A stretch of 64,000 bases of DNA from an uncultured Candidatus Saccharibacteria bacterium (GCA_964464405.1 CAYXFX010000002.1:44027-108026); one strand, 5' to 3'. Shown: positions 36,387 through 45,988, counted from the first letter of the stretch. Numbers and translations are program-made. The notes: generated by a model from the sequence alone, not told the origin.

Positions 36387-37440
36387 TTCCTATCTTATTT
36401 AAAATTTTATCAATTAAATTATTAAGATTATGATCTTTTACAACAACTTCGCGCAGTACAAGATTTTTTCCGTTTTTTTCCAATTTAACAATTTTTTCCA
36501 AAAATTTATCAACATTTTTATCAGTATAGTACTCCCGCGGCACAATATCTTTGAAAGCTTGGCCAGTTACGAGAATCGGAAGCCCGCAAGACATGGCTTC
36601 CAAAACGGTTTTATCGACACTCCCCGTCTCACTTACGTGAAGTAATATATCATGGCTGTTATAAACGGCGGGCATTTCGTCATTTCTTTTTGCTCCCAAA
36701 AACCGAATATCGCCGTTTAAATTATTTTTATTTATCTTTTCTTCCAAGCGCTTCTTATATATAACGTCTTTGGGAGTAATTATGTCCCCCACAATATCAA
36801 GTGCGGCGTCTATATTTCTGTGCGCAATTTCAACCATCAAATCAATTAAAAAATCCAAATTTTTTGATTCCGAAATTCGCCCAATAGCTAACAATTTAGT
36901 AGACTTATTTAAAATATTGTTCCTTAGTACTCCGACGCTTTCGTTGGAGTGGTTCGGAACAAAGCGCTCCGTATCAATTCCGTGACCTGTAATAATAATT
37001 TTTTTGGAATTTATCCGGCAGCTCTCTTTAGAAGCCGTAAAAATATTTTTTACAATCTTTTCCGCGATTCTTAGCGACAAAGTTACAGATTTATGTGTAT
37101 ACCACAAAAATATTTTTTTTCTGAAAATTAACGCAACCGGGCAAATTAAAATCGCCCATGCGGGAATCATGTGCACAAAAATGACATCTGCTTTTCTTAC
37201 ATTTTGAAATAAGTATTTATAGAAATTTATATACCTAGCTGGCCGGCCGATACTGCGTTCTTTGCCCATCGAAAAAACGTGCACGTTTTGTGGTAAATTA
37301 TATTTTCCTTTTTGTCCACAAATAACAAAAACACAATCTGCCTTTTTCCCGAATTCCTCTATCCACCCATGAAAAAATCCAAGATTGCTGTCTTTCCTAT
37401 CAACTTTTTGAGTAAAAATTAGAAGATTCATTTTAAGCAT
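36379..37440 (-). CDS. Family 4 (GT-B) glycosyltransferase
   Basis: HVSETGSVDKTVLEAMSCGLPILVT (E-x7-E region). Confidence 0.8.
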   Translation of the reverse strand: MLKMNLLIFTQKVDRKDSNLGFFHGWIEEFGKKADCVFVICGQKGKYNLPQNVHVFSMGKERSIGRPARYINFYKYLFQNVRKADVIFVHMIPAWAILICPVALIFRKKIFLWYTHKSVTLSLRIAEKIVKNIFTASKESCRINSKKIIITGHGIDTERFVPNHSNESVGVLRNNILNKSTKLLAIGRISESKNLDFLIDLMVEIAHRNIDAALDIVGDIITPKDVIYKKRLEEKINKNNLNGDIRFLGAKRNDEMPAVYNSHDILLHVSETGSVDKTVLEAMSCGLPILVTGQAFKDIVPREYYTDKNVDKFLEKIVKLEKNGKNLVLREVVVKDHNLNNLIDKILNKIGNG

Positions 37441-38534
37441 TTCTCAAAACTTTGTTTATATAATTTTAAATATTCTTCTTTTGAAACTGATTTAATCGGT
37501 TTCGGCGGTTTAATTTTGCCTTCAAGAGCAAGTTTAATTTTTTCTGCTAACATATTTTTATCACCGACAGGAAAAATGTTTTCTGGTTCTAATATTTCTT
37601 TCGCAACTCCAACATCCGACGATATTATTTTGCACCCAGCAGCAGCCGCTTCAACCAAGGTCCGACCGTAGCTTTCATGGTTAGACGTCAGTAAAAACAA
37701 ATCGCATGTTTTATAATATGACAAAAGATCGTTAGTATGCGGCTCAAATTTAATAAAGTTGCTAAGCTCCGATTCACTTACCATATTCTTTAAACTTTCT
37801 TTTTCTGGCCCGTCGCCGACGATAAGCAACAACGGCGTTTCAGTAACAAATTTTACATGACTCGCATATTCGCCTGCTGGCGAATTGCTCTGCTCGTGCC
37901 GACCGCACTGCGCAAGGTCCTGCAAAACTTGTTCCCTCACCGCCTTAAAACTTTCAATCGATAATTCAATATTTTTTTCTCTGGTTATTCTAGACGCCAT
38001 CAAAATAATAAACTTTCGCCTTCCATATTTGCCATGCAAATCGATTTTAACAGGAGCTTGCCGAATTTGCTCGACATCAACAAAAATCGGCAAGACAGAA
38101 AGTTTGGAAATTGTAAATTTAAAATTGTATATTAACGAATCAGCGATTCGTTCAGACACTACCCTTATGCAACTTGCTCGCGGAATCAAAAATTTAGCCA
38201 GCAAAACCCTAATTTTATTCAGCCGCGAATGTTCGGCGAAATGAGGATTAAAAATGTCTGAATGAATTTGCATCTGCCATGGTATGCCGTAAATTTTTGA
38301 AAAAATCCACGCAAGAAAAGAATGTTCCATATCCTGCGAGGAAATTATGTCAAACTTTTTTCGACTCAAAATTTTATAACAACTAAAAAATCCCGAAATA
38401 AAACTCCAAATGCTGCCCCTGCAAAGCAGAATTTCAATTTCTCCAAGGACGCTTCTATATTCCTCTATCCTTTTTCCGGTATCCGAACCCCCCTCCAAGA
38501 CACTCGGATCCCCGCTTATCATTAATATGCGCAT
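37428..38534 (-). CDS. Family 4 (GT-B) glycosyltransferase
   Basis: TSNHESYGRTLVEAAAAGCKIISSDVG. Confidence 0.8.
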   Translation of the reverse strand: MRILMISGDPSVLEGGSDTGKRIEEYRSVLGEIEILLCRGSIWSFISGFFSCYKILSRKKFDIISSQDMEHSFLAWIFSKIYGIPWQMQIHSDIFNPHFAEHSRLNKIRVLLAKFLIPRASCIRVVSERIADSLIYNFKFTISKLSVLPIFVDVEQIRQAPVKIDLHGKYGRRKFIILMASRITREKNIELSIESFKAVREQVLQDLAQCGRHEQSNSPAGEYASHVKFVTETPLLLIVGDGPEKESLKNMVSESELSNFIKFEPHTNDLLSYYKTCDLFLLTSNHESYGRTLVEAAAAGCKIISSDVGVAKEILEPENIFPVGDKNMLAEKIKLALEGKIKPPKPIKSVSKEEYLKLYKQSFEKCLK

Positions 38535-38554
38535 TAAATTATTTAATTAAAACA

Positions 38555-40855
38555 TTAATCCAGTAGCGTGTCAATTGTGTTTTTTATCATTCTTTCTTTT
38601 GAAAATTCCTGCGCTTTTTGCTTTGCATTTTCGGAGAATTTTTTTGCCCGTTCCGGATTTTTTAAAATCTCTAGAATTCTACTTTTAAGTGCTTCTTTAT
38701 CATTGTAATCAACTAAAAATCCACTTTCCCCGTCTTTAATAAGTTCCGGGTTGCCTCCGATATCGGTAGTTACAACCGGAACTCCTAAAGCCATTGCTTC
38801 TAGAATTTGGTGTGACAAGCCCTCATATGCCGTATTTAATACAAAAACATCCGCGGCTCGCAAATACATAAATAATTTTTCTTTGGGTTCATCATGAAAT
38901 ATAAATAACTTTATTTCCGGAATCTCCTGCTTTAATTCGTTAATTGCTTCTTTTAAAGCTTCAAATCCCTTCCATGGAACATTTCTGCCAGCAGAAACAA
39001 CAACTTTGCCGGAAACTCCGAGTTGTCTTCTTGCTTCGTCTTTCAAAATATTTACGTTCGGAATCTCAAACGAATTGTATACAACGTGAATTTTATTTTC
39101 CGGCACTCCCCACATTAAAACGATTTTTTTTAAATATTCGCTCGGGACTATTACGAAATCTGCTTTCTTTGCCACAAACCGCTCGACGAAACGCCTCGCT
39201 TCAGTGAAAAAATCGTATCTGCTTTTTTGAAACTCTTCCAAGTTTGAAAATTGAAAATTGCCTGCCCGCCAATTGGCAGGCGGGGAAATTGAAAATTTTT
39301 GCATATACTGCTCCCACGCATAGTCGCCAACAATTTTCAGTAAAAACTTTTTCCGTAAAATTTTTGCCGCAAGCATTGCTGGCAAACCTACGCTTACGGG
39401 ATCCTGCGCGAAAACAGCATCCGCGTTCCGCGCGAACCGCAGGGCTCTAAAGAAATAAAGTGTATGTCTTAAAACACGAGGATATTTTCTTATTAATCCG
39501 AAACTTAAAATTTTTACTCCAATATTTTTTTTTGGGAGCTCGTCCAACAAAATTTTGCTATACGTTGCCGGCCCCCCCACATCCGGCGGATATAGCCCAG
39601 TGGCTATAAGAACTCTTTTTTTGATGAATAGTTGACTATTAAAAATTTTTTCATAGTCATCCGCAATTTTATCCCACGAAAACTTTTCTCTTACCATTTT
39701 TTGCCCATTATCAACAATACGCGCCAACAACTCTTTATTGTTTAATAAAGTTTTAATCTTCTCCGCCAAATCTTTTGGGTCATCAATTTTTGCAAACAAC
39801 CCCGTTTCTTTATCCTTAATGATGTCTAAAATTCCGCCAACAGGAGTTCCTATTATAGGGAGGCCGGCTGATAAAGCCTCAACGAAAGCATTGCCCATAC
39901 CTTCCGATCGTGAAGGTCGAACAAAAATATCGGCTTGGGATAGATGCTTTGGAATTTCATCGTACGGCACTTCACCCAAAAATTTAATCTGCAATCCTCC
40001 CTCCGAAAAGAATGTTCCTCCCCCTTTTTCCCCCTCCCTTAAAGTAAGGGAGGGGGTCGGTGGGTGGGTTATCTCATTTGCCAAACTTTCTAAAACACTA
40101 CGCTCCGACCCATCACCAATAACTAGAAGTTGGAAGTTTGAAGTTGGTGGTTGGATTTTTTTCAGCTCCGCCATCGCCCTTATCAAAACATCAATCCCAT
40201 TTTTGGGAACCAATCTTGATACAGTAATTATGACATTTGATTTTTTTTGAAAATTGAAAATTGCCTGCCCGCCAATTGGCAGGCGGGGAAATTGAAAATT
40301 GTTTGTATCCACTCCATTATGAATGACTTTTTCTTCTCCGATATATCCATAATCGTGCGCGACATTTAGTAAGTAGTTAGAAATTGCGGTTACGCAATCT
40401 GCTTGATTTAAAATGAATTTAAACATCCTACCTATAATTCCTCCTCTTCCTTTTTTAATCCTTTCGTCACCGTACCCGTATTGGATATTAAAAATGAACG
40501 GAATTTTTGGATAAAATATTTTGCATATTGCCGCCGCCGCTGCGCCGAATGATAAATCTAGCCCAAAAAATAAATTTTCTTTTTTCTTCATAAGTTTTCT
40601 GATCACAAATAAAGAAAAAATTGGCAACAAATATTTATCTATTACGGTTCCGAAACCCAATCTAATTATCTTTCCTTCTGAATACACCTCCTCACTCGGC
40701 AAGTCCTTCCTCATTCGGGAAGTTACAATAATAAAATCAAATTTATTTTTTAACCGCTTAGAAATTTCTTCAACAGCAATTTCCGCACCTCCAATAAAAG
40801 GCCTGTACGCCGTTGTAAAAACGATAATTTTGGGCTTTGATGCGCTTAAATCCAT
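38555..40855 (-). CDS. Tandem double GT4 (two GT-B domains) glycosyltransferase fusion, carrying several in-frame repeat insertions
   Basis: Domain 1 has ..SRSEGMGNAFVEALSAGLPIIGTPVGGI... Domain 2 has ..TAYEGLSHQILEAMALGVPVVTTDIGG... Total 766 aa. It contains a 54-bp exact repeat twice (39244-39297 and 40247-40300), a C/G-rich palindrome (40004-40070), and a 7-mer tandem (40126-40155). Confidence 0.8.
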   Translation of the reverse strand: MDLSASKPKIIVFTTAYRPFIGGAEIAVEEISKRLKNKFDFIIVTSRMRKDLPSEEVYSEGKIIRLGFGTVIDKYLLPIFSLFVIRKLMKKKENLFFGLDLSFGAAAAAICKIFYPKIPFIFNIQYGYGDERIKKGRGGIIGRMFKFILNQADCVTAISNYLLNVAHDYGYIGEEKVIHNGVDTNNFQFPRLPIGGQAIFNFQKKSNVIITVSRLVPKNGIDVLIRAMAELKKIQPPTSNFQLLVIGDGSERSVLESLANEITHPPTPSLTLREGEKGGGTFFSEGGLQIKFLGEVPYDEIPKHLSQADIFVRPSRSEGMGNAFVEALSAGLPIIGTPVGGILDIIKDKETGLFAKIDDPKDLAEKIKTLLNNKELLARIVDNGQKMVREKFSWDKIADDYEKIFNSQLFIKKRVLIATGLYPPDVGGPATYSKILLDELPKKNIGVKILSFGLIRKYPRVLRHTLYFFRALRFARNADAVFAQDPVSVGLPAMLAAKILRKKFLLKIVGDYAWEQYMQKFSISPPANWRAGNFQFSNLEEFQKSRYDFFTEARRFVERFVAKKADFVIVPSEYLKKIVLMWGVPENKIHVVYNSFEIPNVNILKDEARRQLGVSGKVVVSAGRNVPWKGFEALKEAINELKQEIPEIKLFIFHDEPKEKLFMYLRAADVFVLNTAYEGLSHQILEAMALGVPVVTTDIGGNPELIKDGESGFLVDYNDKEALKSRILEILKNPERAKKFSENAKQKAQEFSKERMIKNTIDTLLD
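39244..39297. repeat. 54-bp exact repeat, copy 1, inside the GT4-fusion CDS
   Basis: TTGAAAATTGAAAATTGCCTGCCCGCCAATTGGCAGGCGGGGAAATTGAAAATT, identical to 40247-40300. It contains the quasi-palindrome CCTGCCCGCCAATTGGCAGGCGGGG flanked by GAAAATT direct repeats. Here it is translated as ..PPANWRAGNFQFSNLEEF.. Confidence 0.9.
40004..40070. repeat. C/G-rich palindromic insert inside the GT4-fusion CDS
   Basis: CCTCCCTCCGAAAAG...CCCCTCCCTTAAAGTAAGGGAGGGGG (perfect palindrome 40031-40055), encoding the low-complexity segment LREGEKGGGTFFSEGG. Confidence 0.6.
40247..40300. repeat. 54-bp exact repeat, copy 2, inside the GT4-fusion CDS
   Basis: Identical to 39244-39297 but read in a different frame (..NFQFPRLPIGGQAIFNFQ..). 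Confidence 0.9.
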
Positions 40856-40870
40856 TTAGCTAATTATAAC

Positions 40871-42415
40871 TCACTTCGGGAAATATCGTTTAACAAAAAC
40901 ATATGCTAAGCCGCCAAGAAGCCCGGCGCCTGCTCCGTAAAATAGCCAAATATATTCATTCCAAGAGAAATTCTTTGGATTTTCCGAGTTTAAAACAGAA
41001 GCTGTTAAGTTTTCATTTTTAACCTCCGAAACTTCATTTTTGGGTTTAGTTTCGGTTTTAATTTCTTTAACTATTGCTTTTTTTGCAGTAGATAACTTTT
41101 GATTCACCTCTCCAGGAGTAGAGCGCGTAAGCATCCACTCGTTATTTATTAAACTTAAACTTTCGTCCTGCTTTAAATTTGCGTCTTCGTATTTAACGGA
41201 AAGCGCTCGCTTGCCGTTAGGATATAAAACGGCGAGCTCCCCTGTTTCATTTAAAGCAAAACCTAGCGTTGAAGAAGCAACGGCAAGAAAAGCATATGGA
41301 GATAAAAAAGTATTTAACGGAAAATAGTAAGTGCGAATCCCGGAGTTTAAACCGAAATTTGAAATTTCAATTTTTTTATTCGAATCGTTTTTAAATTCCA
41401 CCCATCCATCCGCACCGGTTTTAATTTCCGAGATTCTAAGTGGGCTTTCCATTGCTGCAATTTTAACCGTATGCAGTGCGGATATATCGCCGGAAGCAAC
41501 TGTAAGCGCCGTAATATAATTTCCTGGGTATGAAAAAACATGAGTTACGCGCTTGCCCTCCTTGATAGCCGATCCATCGCCGAAATTCCATAAAAACCGC
41601 GCATTTAAAATCGCTTCTCCCTCCACACCCTCAACCGCACCTTCAAAAAAAACATCTGACCCCGCAATTACCGTGCGGTCGAAACCGGCATACGCTTTTA
41701 TTTTATTTTCTTCGAGAGCACGCCCTTGATTTTGTGCGTAAGATGAATCGTTTTGATTGTTTTGAAACAAACTTTCATTGGGCTGATTAGAAGTATTTTC
41801 ACTAGAGCCGCTTGGCAACGGTGCACTTGTGCCGTTTTTTATAGACCAGCCAGAAGCACTGTTTTTATTTGCAAAATCTTCCAAATTTAAATACTGGTCT
41901 TCTGAAAAATTTGAAATATCAATATAAGATCCCGCAGTCCAAATTCCTATCTCCGCGGCGGAACTTTCCCATGTTTTCTTTTCTCCGCTTTCGGGCTTCT
42001 GATATCTCGCGAAAGAAATAATTGTATCCTTGCTGTGGTTCGTTGAATTAAAAAGCGCAACAGACCCGGAAGAATTACCCATATTCCCCGTCGCAGCTAC
42101 GTGGTACAAATTATTTGCATCATCCGCGCCCGACTTCCGCAAATGAATTTTAACAGCACTTCCCGATTCGAGCGCAAAGTTGGGAAAAGTAAAATATCCC
42201 ATTCCATCAGGATATAAATCCCATCCGTTTAAATTTACTGATTCTGTGCCGAAATTTTTTATCACAATATATTCAAGACCTGTATCGCTGCCGGCTGGAT
42301 CAAACATTATTTCAGAAATCGCCGCGTCTTTAGACGCGGCATAGACTCGAGATGAGAACGAAAAAACCAAAAAAGATAAAATTAAAATAAAAAATCGCCC
42401 ATAATTCATCATCAT
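40871..42415 (-). CDS. Secreted or surface protein with two lamin-tail-domain (LTD)-like repeats and a C-terminal TM anchor
   Basis: N-terminal signal peptide. The LTD-like segments are ISEIMFDPAGSD..EYIVIKNFG..VNLNGW and LRISEIKTGADGWVEFKNDS..ISNFGLNSG. The C-terminus has a G/A-rich TM helix followed by KRYFPK. Confidence 0.6.
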   Translation of the reverse strand: MMMNYGRFFILILSFLVFSFSSRVYAASKDAAISEIMFDPAGSDTGLEYIVIKNFGTESVNLNGWDLYPDGMGYFTFPNFALESGSAVKIHLRKSGADDANNLYHVAATGNMGNSSGSVALFNSTNHSKDTIISFARYQKPESGEKKTWESSAAEIGIWTAGSYIDISNFSEDQYLNLEDFANKNSASGWSIKNGTSAPLPSGSSENTSNQPNESLFQNNQNDSSYAQNQGRALEENKIKAYAGFDRTVIAGSDVFFEGAVEGVEGEAILNARFLWNFGDGSAIKEGKRVTHVFSYPGNYITALTVASGDISALHTVKIAAMESPLRISEIKTGADGWVEFKNDSNKKIEISNFGLNSGIRTYYFPLNTFLSPYAFLAVASSTLGFALNETGELAVLYPNGKRALSVKYEDANLKQDESLSLINNEWMLTRSTPGEVNQKLSTAKKAIVKEIKTETKPKNEVSEVKNENLTASVLNSENPKNFSWNEYIWLFYGAGAGLLGGLAYVFVKRYFPK

Positions 42416-42430
42416 GAAGCGTAGCGCTCT

Positions 42431-43726
42431 TTATTTTGAAAGTCCAGCAGAAAATAGAAAACGCATAATACGCCCGTTTCCGCGATGAGGAAGTGAGCGA
42501 AGAAAAAATCTAGAAGCCGTGATTGCGGTAAACATGCTTACCAAAATACCCAATCCTAAAGTAAGTGCGAAACCCCTTACTAAACTTGTGCCAAACCAGT
42601 AGAGAATCACGGCAGTAATTAAACTCGATACATTTGAATCTCTGATTGATGTCCACGCACGATTAAAACCTTCCGCCATTGCCGCGTCTAAAGATTTTCC
42701 AGCAAGCAATTCTTCTTTCATTCTTTCAAAAATAAGAATATTCGCGTCCACCGCCATTCCGATCGAGAGAATAAATCCAGCGATGCCAGCTGAAGATAAT
42801 GTTACTGGTATAAATTTAAACAAAAGCAGTGTAAGCGCCCCGTAAACTAAAAGCGCAAAAACAGAAACAAGCCCCGGCAGGCGATACCATAAAATCATAA
42901 AAATCATAACAAGCAAAGATCCGTAAAGTCCGGCCAATAAACTTTTTTTAAGCGATACAGCCCCTAAAGAGGATTCGACGCTTTGTTGGGATAAAAGGGT
43001 TATTGGCAAAGGCAAAGCTCCTGCATTTAATCTTCTCACCAATTGAGTTGCCTCGTCCGTAGTAAAACGTCCAGTAATCTGCGCACGCCCGCCGGAAACT
43101 TTTTCCTGCACAACCGGCGAACTTATAGGAAAGCCGTCTAAAAAAATGGCTATGGGTTTACCTATATTTCTTTCTGTTAAAGTTTCGAAAATTTTTCCGC
43201 CTTCTTCATTAAATTCAAGAGAAATCTCCGGAGTCCCAACTGTTTGATTAAAGTTAACATTTGCCCGCTTTAAAAATCTTCCAGTCAAATTTGTTGAAAC
43301 AAAATCATTAACCCCAAGCGCGCCTGTCGTTGTTGCATTGGGGCTTACTTCCTTGAATTCCAAATATGGCGTCTCTCCGATTGTTTTGATCGCGTCTCCG
43401 ATATTAAAAACCCCAGCAAGTTCGATAATTAATCTGTTTTCTCCGGCTACTTTTTCGGTCTGAATAACTGGTTCCGCGACCCCAAAAAGATTTACACGTC
43501 TTTCGATTACATCGCGAAGTCCTTCCATTGCTTCTGAAATTTCCTCAGGCGTAATGAGCGAGGTGTCTGCTTTGTAAACTAAATGCGTGCCCCCCTGAAG
43601 ATCAAGACCCAACCGAAAAGGCCTAGCCCACCATGAATTTTGAAATCCCAAAAAACTTGCGGCATTTAAAAATCCGGCCAAAGTACCGATTAAAAGTATT
43701 AATAATGCTAGTATTCTTATACGCAC
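42431..43726 (-). CDS. secD: Protein translocase subunit SecD
   Basis: The LGLDLQGGTHLVY signature; 431 aa with the periplasmic domain and 6 TM. No secF lies adjacent. Confidence 0.85.
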   Translation of the reverse strand: MRIRILALLILLIGTLAGFLNAASFLGFQNSWWARPFRLGLDLQGGTHLVYKADTSLITPEEISEAMEGLRDVIERRVNLFGVAEPVIQTEKVAGENRLIIELAGVFNIGDAIKTIGETPYLEFKEVSPNATTTGALGVNDFVSTNLTGRFLKRANVNFNQTVGTPEISLEFNEEGGKIFETLTERNIGKPIAIFLDGFPISSPVVQEKVSGGRAQITGRFTTDEATQLVRRLNAGALPLPITLLSQQSVESSLGAVSLKKSLLAGLYGSLLVMIFMILWYRLPGLVSVFALLVYGALTLLLFKFIPVTLSSAGIAGFILSIGMAVDANILIFERMKEELLAGKSLDAAMAEGFNRAWTSIRDSNVSSLITAVILYWFGTSLVRGFALTLGLGILVSMFTAITASRFFLRSLPHRGNGRIMRFLFSAGLSK

Positions 43727-43893
43727 CCCATTAAAAAATTATTTTTAATCCGAATGACCATAGCATTTAATTTAATATAATATGCCCAGCAATGCAATAT
43801 TAAACGCGAGTAATTTTCTAACGGGGCAAGTGTAATTGATAATTAAAATTGAGTGTGTTATCTTGCCAATAGAATCAATTGGGGGGAAAATAA

Positions 43894-44520
43894 ATGCCGC
43901 GAAATTTGGTGATAGCCGTTGATTTGGATAATACTTTAATTCAATCATCGGCACGATTTAGAAAAGAACAAAAAATTGCGGAAAAATACAAGCTCGATCC
44001 GGAATTGTACGCCCAGTGCATCCGAAATGAATTTATATTAAAAAACGGCAATGGGCGCTATTCCTTCCAGCACTTGTGGCCATTTTTAAGAAAACTTAAA
44101 CCTGATTTGCCAAGAAAAATGCTACACGAGTTAAATGCACTGCTTGACCATCAATATTTTTTCCACGACACAATTAATTTTTTAGAAAATTTTCAAAAAA
44201 AATCTTTAATTTTAGTCTCGTCCGGTGATTATGTTGTTCAATTAAGGAAAGTGCATGCGCATCGCATTGAAAAGTACTTTAAAAATATTTACGTAACCGA
44301 AAACAAACCGGAGGTAATTTCGAAAATTAAAAAAACCAAAACTTTTTTTCTCGATGACGCGCCGCGCCAAATTGATGCCGTAAAGAAGCGAAATCCAGAT
44401 GTTACCTGCATTCTCATGCGCAAACCGCCTCCGTGGGAAGTCAAAACAAAATCAGAACTTGCGGACGTGCATTGCACAAACTTATTAGACGCCGCCGCAT
44501 ACATAAAAAGCAGAATGTAA
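43894..44520 (+). CDS. HAD-superfamily hydrolase
   Basis: IAVDLDNTLIQ motif I, ..LVSSGDYVVQ.., and ..FFLDDAPRQ.. motif IV. Confidence 0.55.
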   Translation: MPRNLVIAVDLDNTLIQSSARFRKEQKIAEKYKLDPELYAQCIRNEFILKNGNGRYSFQHLWPFLRKLKPDLPRKMLHELNALLDHQYFFHDTINFLENFQKKSLILVSSGDYVVQLRKVHAHRIEKYFKNIYVTENKPEVISKIKKTKTFFLDDAPRQIDAVKKRNPDVTCILMRKPPPWEVKTKSELADVHCTNLLDAAAYIKSRM

Positions 44521-44544
44521 TCACATTTCTGCTTTTTTATTTTA
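44507..44544. terminator. Bidirectional rho-independent terminator
   Basis: Hairpin GCAGAA-tgtaatcacat-TTCTGC followed by TTTTTTATTTT. The stop codon of the plus-strand gene lies in the loop. Confidence 0.55.
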
Positions 44545-45000
44545 AACCAAAACCGAGAAAAGGTCTTCTGGGGTTTTGATTACGCCATGAATTAATTTTT
44601 TTGCTGATATTTCTTCGTATAAATTGTGTGGGTAATCACCCATCAAAGTCCGTTCATCTAAGGAATAAACCATTTTCCCCAATGCGGCCGCGGCAAACAG
44701 CTCCCCCACGACGTTTACCCCCATATATCCGTTCTTATTAAAAATAAAACAGACGTCGGCAACTCTGACTTTTCGAAATAAATGGTCATATACTTTGCCG
44801 GCCACTTCCGCGCGATAAACTGGGTCAATCAGTCTTTCTTTTTCAGGCAAGTGATGTAGATTGTGCTGGTCCATTGCAAACTCGGGATGTAAAATCGTAA
44901 GCCTTACTCCGCGTTCTTTCGCCAATTCATGCAAGTGGTCCATAAAAAAGCTCAAATCTTTGGAAAACCTCTGTGATGAACTAAATACGATTGATTTCAC
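44542..45000 (-). CDS. Hypothetical protein
   Basis: 152-aa ORF with good coding appearance; no recognisable family motif. Confidence 0.4.
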   Translation of the reverse strand: MKSIVFSSSQRFSKDLSFFMDHLHELAKERGVRLTILHPEFAMDQHNLHHLPEKERLIDPVYRAEVAGKVYDHLFRKVRVADVCFIFNKNGYMGVNVVGELFAAAALGKMVYSLDERTLMGDYPHNLYEEISAKKLIHGVIKTPEDLFSVLV

Positions 45001-45096
45001 CTTTTAATTTTAGCGCCACGTGGAAAATAGGCAATCTGTGGATTAAGTGCCACATTTTCACCAAATCTCCATATTTAAGTAGCTTAATTATATGAT

Positions 45097-45417
45097 ATGA
45101 AAAATAAGTATAAACTAATTATTATCCAATGGTTATCTCTCTTTCTTTTCTTTCTTTTACATCCGGCATTTGCAGGAGCCAACTACACAAACCCAACAAT
45201 TGAAACGAGTTACACTATTGGCTTCTCACAATATTTGCCAATGTATTGGAATTATTACTATCCTAGTTATTCCTCTTATCCTTCTTACCCGTCGTATTAT
45301 TATACTTACCCCTCCTACGGCTATTATCCCAGTTATCAAATGAGGTACAACTATTATCAATCTCCGTATGAGTATAATAATTACAGTAATTACGGATACG
45401 GAAATTTTGGTTATTAA
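45097..45417 (+). CDS. Small secreted Tyr/Ser/Pro-rich low-complexity repeat protein
   Basis: The signal peptide (MKNKYKLIIIQWLSLFLFFLLHPAFA) is followed by SYPSYPSYYYTYPSYGYYPSY.. repeats and a Y/N-rich tail. 106 aa; about 30% of the mature sequence is Tyr. Confidence 0.5.
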   Translation: MKNKYKLIIIQWLSLFLFFLLHPAFAGANYTNPTIETSYTIGFSQYLPMYWNYYYPSYSSYPSYPSYYYTYPSYGYYPSYQMRYNYYQSPYEYNNYSNYGYGNFGY

Positions 45418-45460
45418 AAAATAATTCTCCCCATATTAAAGGGGAGGGTATAGAGAGATA

Positions 45461-45988
45461 TTAAATCTTTCCTAAATCTTTGAGAATCTTATACCACACG
45501 GGCTCCAATCCCATTTCTTCTTTCCACTCGGGGTCTGTATTTTTATTTGCGGTATCTCCGAAAATTGCTCGTGTTAAACTGCCGACTTCAGTGTAAGGAA
45601 CTTTGTATTTTTGCATAAAATATTCCGTACGCTCCGCATATTTTAGTAATTCGTCTTTTGTCGCCAAAAATGCTTCTTTCGCGTCGTCTCCGGCTTTAAC
45701 TTCTCCGTCCCAACTCATAGCTAGAAAAACCGACCAATCGTGATGCGTTCCACCTTCTCTTTTGCATGGATTATCGACACGTCCAGACCAGATCATTTCA
45801 ATTTTTTGGGGTGTAAGCCCGACTTCTTCTGAAGATTCTCTCACAGAATTTTCTCCGGATGTATCTCCGTCAAAATGCCCTGCCGGCAATGCAATAGATT
45901 CAGGATAGTTTTTCCGTTCAATAAGTAGAATGTTTCCGTTTCCTTCAAAAATTGTACCCGAACTTGTGTTATCGCAAATTTTTGCCAT
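45461..45988 (-). CDS. NUDIX hydrolase
   Basis: Nudix box GHFDGDTSGENSVRESSEEVGL. The start is placed at the internal Met (MAKICD..) because a terminator hairpin for the upstream gene lies at 46049-46080; the ORF track extends to 46072. Confidence 0.7.
   Translation of the reverse strand: MAKICDNTSSGTIFEGNGNILLIERKNYPESIALPAGHFDGDTSGENSVRESSEEVGLTPQKIEMIWSGRVDNPCKREGGTHHDWSVFLAMSWDGEVKAGDDAKEAFLATKDELLKYAERTEYFMQKYKVPYTEVGSLTRAIFGDTANKNTDPEWKEEMGLEPVWYKILKDLGKI

Noticed and set aside
42431-43726. SecD without an adjacent SecF suggested a pseudogene or broken operon.
   Set aside because: The SecD ORF is full-length with an intact signature and TM domain. SecF may simply be encoded elsewhere, so it is not called a pseudogene.
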